A stretch of 64,000 bases of DNA from Polyangiaceae bacterium (GTDB taxonomy: Bacteria; Myxococcota_A; Polyangia; Polyangiales; Polyangiaceae), in NCBI GenBank assembly GCA_965222375.1, contig CBDCTZ010000016.1, forward strand, positions 672,001-736,000, written 5' to 3'. Each line of letters begins with the position of its first letter. Within the stretch, counting starts at the first letter, position 1. The position numbers and the translations under genes are program-made. This document shows positions 57,294-64,000 of this stretch, one piece after another. The notes under the pieces were generated by a model. That model had not been told where the DNA came from, did not search any database, and saw only the letters and a list, made by a program, of their open reading frames with translations.

Positions 57294-58699
57294 CCTGGGT
57301 CCAAGTTGATGCTGCCTCCCGCGGCCTCGACCAAGCCGCGGCACACGGCTAAGCCCAGGCCGGTGCCCTTGCCGACTTCTTTCGTCGTGACGAAGGGCTC
57401 GAAGAGCTTGCCTTGCACGCTCTCGGGAACGCCGGGTCCGTCGTCTTCCACTTCGAGCCGCACGCCGTCTGCCTGGGGAAGCGCCCGCAGGGTGATGTGC
57501 TTGCCCTCGCCGGTCTCACAGGCGTCCGCCGCGTTGAGCACGAGATTCAGAATGACCTGCACCAAGTGCTCGCGGCTCAAGGACACCTCGGGCAAGTCCG
57601 GGTGCACATCTACGGCCAAGTCGACGTCCTTGAGGGCTTTCTGCGGGCTGACCAGGGCCACGGTGTCGTAAACCGCGGTTTCCACGTTACCTCCGCCCTC
57701 GCCGTCGCTGTCCAAGGCGTCACCCGGCCGCGCGAACTGCAGCAAGTCTCGCAAAATGCGATTGATGCGCTCGGTCTCTCGCTGCATCCGTTTCAGAAAA
57801 TCCTGCTGTTCCGCTTCGGAAAGCCCCCCTTCGAGCAGCAGGTCCTGCATGCCCATCAGCGCGGCGATGGGGTTGCCGATTTCGTGGGCCAGACCGGCCG
57901 CCAAGCGACCGACGCTGGCCAATCGCTCCGAACGCACCAGGCGGCCCTGGGCTTCTTCCAAGCGCTTGGTGGCGGCTTCCACTTCGTCGACCTTGTTGCG
58001 CAGCGCTTCTTCTTCCGCAACTAGTGCATCGGTCATGGTCTTGAGGTTGTGTCCGAGCTCCACCAGTTCGGGAGCACCCTTCTCGGGTACGTCCAGTTTG
58101 CGGGCCCCGTCGGCCACGCGCTGAGCTGCGCGGGAGATCGTGTCCAAAGGCCGCACGATCAAACGCGTGAGCGCGAAGTAGGCGGCGACCAAGAGCGCCA
58201 AGGCGCCCACTCCGATGTACAGTCCAACCAAGCGCGCCAGAGGCGTCGCTCGGGACGAGATATCGTCGGCGCGCACCACCGCGACGACGAGGCCTCGGGC
58301 GTCAGGCACGGCAATGGCCAGGGCGCGGCCGTGAGAACCCTGCATCTCGAAGAACGCTTCTCGCTTCACTTCCGCGGGCCCGGCCAGGGCGTCCACCAGC
58401 TTGGGATCCCCGACCCGCATACTGGGTATGCCGTCGGTGCCGTAGACAGCGATGGCGTCCACGCCCTGGGCTCCGATTTCAGCGTCCAGCAGGCTGCGCA
58501 GCTCTTCGGGTGTCCGGCGGGCGCGAGCTTCCAGCACGTGCCCCGCGACCGCACGACCCAAGGAGCGTGAACTCTCCTGACGCAGCTGCGACAGCGTGAC
58601 CCGGGTGTACGTCGTCACCGCCACGAATAGCGGCACGAAGGACAGCACCATGAGCACGCCCAAGAGCAGCAAGATCTGGAGTCGAAGACCGGGTTTCAT
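57248..58699 (-). CDS. Sensor histidine kinase (2 TM, HAMP, HisKA, HATPase)
   Basis: AHEIGNP, NLVLNA, DDGPG, FEPFVTTK, GTGLGL. Confidence 0.95.
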   Translation of the reverse strand: MKPGLRLQILLLLGVLMVLSFVPLFVAVTTYTRVTLSQLRQESSRSLGRAVAGHVLEARARRTPEELRSLLDAEIGAQGVDAIAVYGTDGIPSMRVGDPKLVDALAGPAEVKREAFFEMQGSHGRALAIAVPDARGLVVAVVRADDISSRATPLARLVGLYIGVGALALLVAAYFALTRLIVRPLDTISRAAQRVADGARKLDVPEKGAPELVELGHNLKTMTDALVAEEEALRNKVDEVEAATKRLEEAQGRLVRSERLASVGRLAAGLAHEIGNPIAALMGMQDLLLEGGLSEAEQQDFLKRMQRETERINRILRDLLQFARPGDALDSDGEGGGNVETAVYDTVALVSPQKALKDVDLAVDVHPDLPEVSLSREHLVQVILNLVLNAADACETGEGKHITLRALPQADGVRLEVEDDGPGVPESVQGKLFEPFVTTKEVGKGTGLGLAVCRGLVEAAGGSINLDPGHDGGARFVIELPSK

Positions 58700-58846
58700 G
58701 GCTCAGACGCAGTTTCGTTCGCGCTGGGTGACGGGCAAATAAATTGCGGGTGCGATCGGGGGGTGCGTGCAAGTCCTACCTTCCTCTGTTTGCGCTCGGC
58801 TGGAAAGTGGGCCGTCAGGTGCTCTGTCTAGTAACCGCGTGCTTGA

Positions 58847-60979
58847 ATGGATCCTCTGGTCCGCGCCGCTTTCGGCCTGCAACAGCTGCTGTCTCGCTTC
58901 TTCGGGACCGTGCTCAGTTTGTGCGCCGCGGCCTACCTGGTGTTCTGGGCTCAGGAGCCCGAGGGATCCTGGCACGCCTACTTCGCTCTGGCGGCCCTGT
59001 TGGCTTCACTGGGCATTCGCGTGGTGCGCCGATTGGGTCGGCTCAGCCCCAAGGCGATTGCTCGTCTGGACTTCGAACTGTTCAGTCACATCATGGTGCT
59101 GGCCTATGCTGCGGTGTTGCTCGCACCGGGCAGTCTCGAGGGTCCTTTCTACCCCATCATCTACGCCCTGGTGATGCTCGCTGCGGCGTTTGCGCGACCC
59201 ACCGCGGCGGTGGCGAATCTCGCGTTCTCGATCCTGACCGAAGCGGCATTGTTCTCGTCGGCGCTTGGGCGCCCTGTGGAAGATGTTTGGCCTCACGCAG
59301 TCTTGATGGGCGTGTTCGCGTTCCTGAACATGGTGGTGTTCCGCGCCGAGATCGCGCGAGTGCGGCGATTGAGCAAGCAGCGCATCGCCAGCGAGATCGA
59401 CCGCATGAAGCAGGCCGCACGATCCTATCGGCTCCTCGGCGCACCTACATCTGCCGTGGATCGCGTGTCCCTGCCCCCCGCCGATGACGCATCCCGCTTG
59501 CTTCACTCGGGGGTGGACGAAATCCATCAGGCGACCAGCTACGCGCTGGACATGTTGCGGCGGAGCCTGCAGCTACGCACCGCGGCGCTGCTCTGGCTCG
59601 ATGGCAGTGGGTCGAAGTTGAGCATTCAGGAGATCTCGAGCTCCGACGACAGCATCGTGCCCGGTCCGTTTTCGGCTCGGGACGGCATCGTCGCCGCAGC
59701 CATCGCTCGCGGCGAAACCGTGAGCCTGCATGGCGAAAAATCCGGTCTGCACGTGCCCTACTACGGCGATCTGCCCGAGGTGGGAGCCGTATGCGCCGCG
59801 CCTCTGGTCGAGGCGGGACATATTCGCGGCGTGCTGGTCGTGGATCGCCCAGCCGGCGATCCGTTTACCAGTGTGGAAGAGGAGCTGCTGGCCACTGCGA
59901 CTCACTTCATGCTGCGGGCCATCGAGAACGAGCGCGTCTTCGTGCAGCTCGAGCGCGCCAAGATCGAGCAGGGCAAGCTGTACCGCGCGGTGGACACCTT
60001 GGCCGGTGCCACGACGGAAATCGAGGTGATCGAAGCTTGCGTCTCGAGCGCCCGTGAGTTCGCGGCCTTCGACTACGCCATCGTGACTCTTTGTGACCGC
60101 GCCAAACGCGAGCACGAAATCTGCGCCGTCAGTGGCGAGGGCGAAGAGCTGCTGGGTCAGCGCTTCCGCCATAACGCGGGCCTCGTCAGCATGGCCGTGG
60201 CCAATCGCCACCCGCTGCCTTATCGCGGCGACTACGATTCCTCTCGTCAGGTGGTTTTCAACCGCAAGATGCACCCACCGGACATGCCCAGCCTGCTCGT
60301 GCTGCCGCTGATTGTGCATGACCGCGCCCTGGGCACCTTGGTGCTGGGCTCACGTCGCAAAGGTGCCTTTGGCGACAGCGTGCGCCCCACCCTGGAAGTC
60401 CTTGCCAGTCACGTGGCGGTGTCTCTGGCCAACGCGCGCATGGTCAAGCGCCTGGAAGAGATGGCCACCACCGACGGCATGACGGGCCTGCTCAACAAGC
60501 GGGCGCTCACAGAGATGGCCCAGCTCAAGGTCAAGAGCGCCAAGCGCTTCAACAAGCCTCTGAGCGTGCTGGTGTGCGACATCGATCACTTCAAGAAGGT
60601 CAACGACACCCACGGCCACGACGTGGGCGACGTCGTGATCAAGGGCTTTGGCGACGTACTCAAGCGCACCAAGCGCGACACGGACGTGGTGGGACGCTTC
60701 GGCGGCGAGGAGTTCCTGGTGGTATGCGAGCAGACGGACGCGGAGGGTGCGATGCTGCTGGCCGAGCGTGTGCGCTCCGAGTTGGAGAGCGCGACGTTCC
60801 ATACCGAGGCCGGCCCCGTGCGGGTCACGTGCTCGGTGGGCGTGGCGACGCTGCCTCAAGCCGGCGAGAGCTGGGACGCCCTGTTTAAAGCCACCGACGA
60901 AGCCCTCTACGCTTCCAAACGCGGAGGCCGCAATCGCGTAACTCTGTGGTCCGCGCGGCTGCAGGGCTGCGCGGCCTAG
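58847..60979 (+). CDS. Membrane diguanylate cyclase (multi-TM, 2 GAF, GGEEF; DmxA-like architecture)
   Basis: DIDHFKKVND..GHDVGD; RDTD I-site; GGEEF. Confidence 0.95.
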   Translation: MDPLVRAAFGLQQLLSRFFGTVLSLCAAAYLVFWAQEPEGSWHAYFALAALLASLGIRVVRRLGRLSPKAIARLDFELFSHIMVLAYAAVLLAPGSLEGPFYPIIYALVMLAAAFARPTAAVANLAFSILTEAALFSSALGRPVEDVWPHAVLMGVFAFLNMVVFRAEIARVRRLSKQRIASEIDRMKQAARSYRLLGAPTSAVDRVSLPPADDASRLLHSGVDEIHQATSYALDMLRRSLQLRTAALLWLDGSGSKLSIQEISSSDDSIVPGPFSARDGIVAAAIARGETVSLHGEKSGLHVPYYGDLPEVGAVCAAPLVEAGHIRGVLVVDRPAGDPFTSVEEELLATATHFMLRAIENERVFVQLERAKIEQGKLYRAVDTLAGATTEIEVIEACVSSAREFAAFDYAIVTLCDRAKREHEICAVSGEGEELLGQRFRHNAGLVSMAVANRHPLPYRGDYDSSRQVVFNRKMHPPDMPSLLVLPLIVHDRALGTLVLGSRRKGAFGDSVRPTLEVLASHVAVSLANARMVKRLEEMATTDGMTGLLNKRALTEMAQLKVKSAKRFNKPLSVLVCDIDHFKKVNDTHGHDVGDVVIKGFGDVLKRTKRDTDVVGRFGGEEFLVVCEQTDAEGAMLLAERVRSELESATFHTEAGPVRVTCSVGVATLPQAGESWDALFKATDEALYASKRGGRNRVTLWSARLQGCAA

Positions 60980-61103
60980 TTCGATCCAGACCAACATAGG
61001 AAAGTCGTTGACGAGTGGGTGGGGAGTCCCTCCCACTGGGTTTCACATTGCTACACAACAATGCCCCAAGCGTGTTCCGCACTGGCGCGGGAGCGCCCCT
61101 GCG

Positions 61104-61577
61104 CTACCTGTGGGAAACTGGCAAGGCGATGCAAGCAGGCGTCCCGCGGTCTTTCACGGTCCCATCGCCGAGATGGCCGTAGCGGTTCTTGCCCCAGCAC
61201 AAGATATTGCCGTCTTTGCGACGGCCGCAGGTGAAGCCGAGGCCCGCTCCGACCTCGACCCAATCCGAGCGCTTGCCAACGAGAGCGGGCGCATGAGGGC
61301 CTGAGCCCTCGGTGGTGCGAGCTAGTTGGCCGTGCTTGTTCTTGCCCCAGCACCAAAGCTTGCCACCCGTAGTCACCCCGCAGCCGTGATGTATCGAGCA
61401 TGTGGGTATAGTGAAGTCGCTCCCTTTATAGATGAGCCCTGCGCTGACCGCTGGTTTGAAAAGAACTTGCCTGCCGCTCCTGAATGAAAACATGGCGTCA
61501 ACACCGTCCGGAGGCTCAACGTCCACTGCTCCCAAATGCAACTCGCGAGGACTGCTGGTTGAATCCCGAGTCAACAA
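61104..61577 (-). pseudogene. Truncated RCC1-repeat protein (only ~2 repeats)
   Basis: LWCWGKNKHGQL and ILCWGKNRYGHLGDG; no signal peptide; too short for a propeller. Confidence 0.55.
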
Positions 61578-61593
61578 TTTATATCCGCCTTGG

Positions 61594-62190
61594 TCAGGAG
61601 CGCCCTCGAACTGATGCCCAGGCCGCGCGCGCGAGAATCCGCTTGGCGACAGAAAGGTCCGAACGGGCGCGGCCAGCCAGATAACGGCGCGTGTAGTCTT
61701 GGCTCGGCCCGATGATGATCGACTCCAGCATGTCGGCGGGGATCTCGCAGATCGCCCCCGATGCGGTGTGTGGAGACAGCCAGCACCTCAGGTCGGCGAG
61801 AAACCGCCGGTTGGTCGAGCGGATCTGGTCACTGACGCCTTCCACGGCTTCGACGCGTCGTGTGTACAACAAGAACCTTGCCCACTCCGGATGGTCCGCC
61901 ATCCAGTCCAAATGATAATAAACGATGCCTCGAATTCCTCGCTCGGCGTTCTGGTGGCGCTCCAGCATGGCAATGAGCCCGCGCTGGTAGTTGCTGAGCC
62001 CATCGAGGTACAGAGCGCCGGCGATGCGATTCTTGCCACCGAAGTGATGGTAGATGCTGCCGACGCTGGCGCCGGAGCGGTCGCGGATGTGGCTCACTGT
62101 CGCCCGCTCGTAACCCAGCTCGTCGAAGCTCGCGAGGGCGGCCATCAAGATCTCGTTTTTGCGGATCGCGGTAGAGGCGTGGGTTCCCAT
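61594..62190 (-). CDS. TetR/AcrR family regulator
   Basis: ILMAAL..F...GYERATVSHIRDRSGASVGSIYHHFGGK. Confidence 0.93.
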   Translation of the reverse strand: MGTHASTAIRKNEILMAALASFDELGYERATVSHIRDRSGASVGSIYHHFGGKNRIAGALYLDGLSNYQRGLIAMLERHQNAERGIRGIVYYHLDWMADHPEWARFLLYTRRVEAVEGVSDQIRSTNRRFLADLRCWLSPHTASGAICEIPADMLESIIIGPSQDYTRRYLAGRARSDLSVAKRILARAAWASVRGRS

Positions 62191-62242
62191 TTGGCGCGTC
62201 TGGTTGACAGGGATTGAGTTTCTTGGAACTATATTCTAGATC

Positions 62243-63457
62243 ATGGCAAGCGCCGCGTCGATTCCTGGGCTCTCGTCGATTGACGTCATTCTCGGTGAGT
62301 TCCGCGCCGGCAAGCCTGTGATCTTGGTCGATGACGAGGATCGCGAAAACGAAGGCGACATCATCATTGCCGCCGAGGATGTCACCCCCGAATCGATCGC
62401 GTTCACCATTCGCTACACCGGCGGAGTGATCTGCCTGGCGATGACGAACGCCCACGCCGACCACTTGGAGCTACCGCCGATGGTGGAGCACAACACAGCG
62501 AAGAGGGGAACTGCGTACACTGTGTCGATCGAGGCCGCCGACGGCACCGAGACCGGCATTTCTGCCAGCGATCGTGCCACGACGATTCGAACCTCCATCG
62601 CCAAGGGCGTGACCGCCGCAGATCTGGTGCGACCAGGCCACGTGTTTCCGCTCCGCGCGCGGGACGGTGGGGTGTTGCGCCGCGCGGGTCACACTGAGGC
62701 GGCCGTCGATTTGGCGCGGCTAGCCGGGAAGCGTCTCGCCGCGACGGTAAGCGAGCTGATGCACGACGACGGTACGATGATGCGCCTGCCAGCGATCCTT
62801 GAGTTCGCGGCCGCGAACGAGCTCAAAGTCGGGACCGTTGCCGACCTGATAGCCTATCGCCTCGAGCGCGATGCCTTCGTGCAACTGTTCGCGACCGCGT
62901 CGCTTCCCACTCGTGACGGCGTGTTCACGATCCACGCGTTCAAAGACGATCTCAGCGGGAACGAGCACATCGCGCTGACGATGGGTGATGTTGGCGATGG
63001 GGAGTCGGTTCTGGTGCGGGTGCACTCCGAATGCTTGACCGGAGATGCCCTCGGCTCGGTGCGTTGCGACTGCGGCGCCCAGCGCGACGCAGCGTTAGCG
63101 GAGATTGTTCGCGAAGGCCGCGGGGTGCTCGTCTACCTGCGCCAGGAAGGGCGAGGCCTTGGCTTACTCAACAAGATCGCGGCTTACGCGTTGCAGGACA
63201 AAGGTGCTGACACGGTCGAATCCAACGCCCGGCTCGGCTTCGCGCCCGACCTTCGCGACTACGGTATTGGCGCGCAGATGCTGCACCGTCTGGGCGTTCG
63301 CCGGATGCGCCTGCTCACCAACAACCCAAGAAAGATTGCCGGGCTTCGCGGCTTTGGCATCGAGGTGGCGGAACGTGTTCCGATCTGGGTCGGTCAGACC
63401 GCAGAAAACGAACGCTGCCTACAGTCCAAGCGGTCTCGCCTCGGTCACCTGAGCTGA
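62243..63457 (+). CDS. ribBA: Bifunctional DHBP synthase / GTP cyclohydrolase II
   Basis: DDEDRENEGD, RPGHVFPL, GHTEA; RVHSECLTGD...RCDCG, RQEGRG, LLTNNPRK. Confidence 0.97.
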   Translation: MASAASIPGLSSIDVILGEFRAGKPVILVDDEDRENEGDIIIAAEDVTPESIAFTIRYTGGVICLAMTNAHADHLELPPMVEHNTAKRGTAYTVSIEAADGTETGISASDRATTIRTSIAKGVTAADLVRPGHVFPLRARDGGVLRRAGHTEAAVDLARLAGKRLAATVSELMHDDGTMMRLPAILEFAAANELKVGTVADLIAYRLERDAFVQLFATASLPTRDGVFTIHAFKDDLSGNEHIALTMGDVGDGESVLVRVHSECLTGDALGSVRCDCGAQRDAALAEIVREGRGVLVYLRQEGRGLGLLNKIAAYALQDKGADTVESNARLGFAPDLRDYGIGAQMLHRLGVRRMRLLTNNPRKIAGLRGFGIEVAERVPIWVGQTAENERCLQSKRSRLGHLS

Positions 63458-63874
63458 ATCGCCGACCGGCGTCGGCGACACAGCTTGAAGCAGAAAGTTT
63501 GAACGTCGTGGACAGAAGATGTCACTAAGTGGCTGCCAAGACAGCCGCCATGGTCAGCAATTCACGTGTCTTCTACTGGCGGTCGGCGTGGCGTTTCTGA
63601 ATCCGGGAGTTGTTCAGAGCACGCCTGAGCCAGCGGGCCCAGGGCGGGGTTGGCGCGAGAGTGCTGTGCTTGAGTACGATCGAGGCAGTGGAGCGGATGC
63701 CTGCCCGGGCCGGTTAGGCTTGGAGGGAACGGGTGGCCGGTGACCTCGGATACCAGCCCTACGTGCCGCAGGGGGTGGTATCTCCCGAACGAGCAACGAT
63801 TGCCCAGTACGGTCCGAGCGGTCCACGACTTTCCGCGTCGGGCGAGGCATAGTAATGTTGAGAGAATCTAGGCA

Positions 63875-64000
63875 ATGATCAACATTCGTCCAGCACGCAA
63901 ACCTGCAGGGTCTTCATCCCGCGCGCGACGGACGGCTGTCCACATCGGTCTGGGCGTCGCCGTTCTTGCGTCGTCATCACGCCTGGCCCACGCGGACGAG
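63875..64000 (+). CDS. Partial CDS (5' end), probable signal peptide
   Basis: MINIRPARK...VHIGLGVAVLASSSRLAHA-DE, open to window end. Confidence 0.5.
   Translation, partial: MINIRPARKPAGSSSRARRTAVHIGLGVAVLASSSRLAHADE

Noticed and set aside
62191..62242. FMN riboswitch before ribBA
   Set aside because: Only 52 bp available and no RFN motifs.

Overview
GC-rich bacterial DNA whose gene content (Hanks kinases, PEGA/TPR proteins, Gly/Cys-rich lipoproteins, MYXO-CTERM, FHA-sigma54 activator, DUF1592/DUF1552 pair) points to a myxobacterium, probably Polyangiaceae/Sorangiineae-like (inference). About 45 genes: mostly envelope/signalling proteins plus frmA, ribBA, an MBOAT acyltransferase and a diguanylate cyclase. 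The mobile layer is rich. (1) A complete group II intron (1489-3449) appears to end in AG rather than AY, with a compensating C at the gamma position, and is inserted in a long intergenic hairpin. (2) A VapBC-type TA locus has a nonsense-inactivated toxin and sits beside a 36-36-36 repeat-spacer-repeat. (3) Two identical inverted IS4 (IS50-like) copies bracket an HNH nuclease-RuvA-C-terminal fusion gene that is itself enclosed by ~60-bp inverted repeats; this is my best candidate for an undescribed element. (4) There are IS110 and IS91 remnants and several palindromic intergenic repeat arrays. No rRNA, tRNA or cas genes were seen. All family calls come from motif recognition by eye, not database searches.
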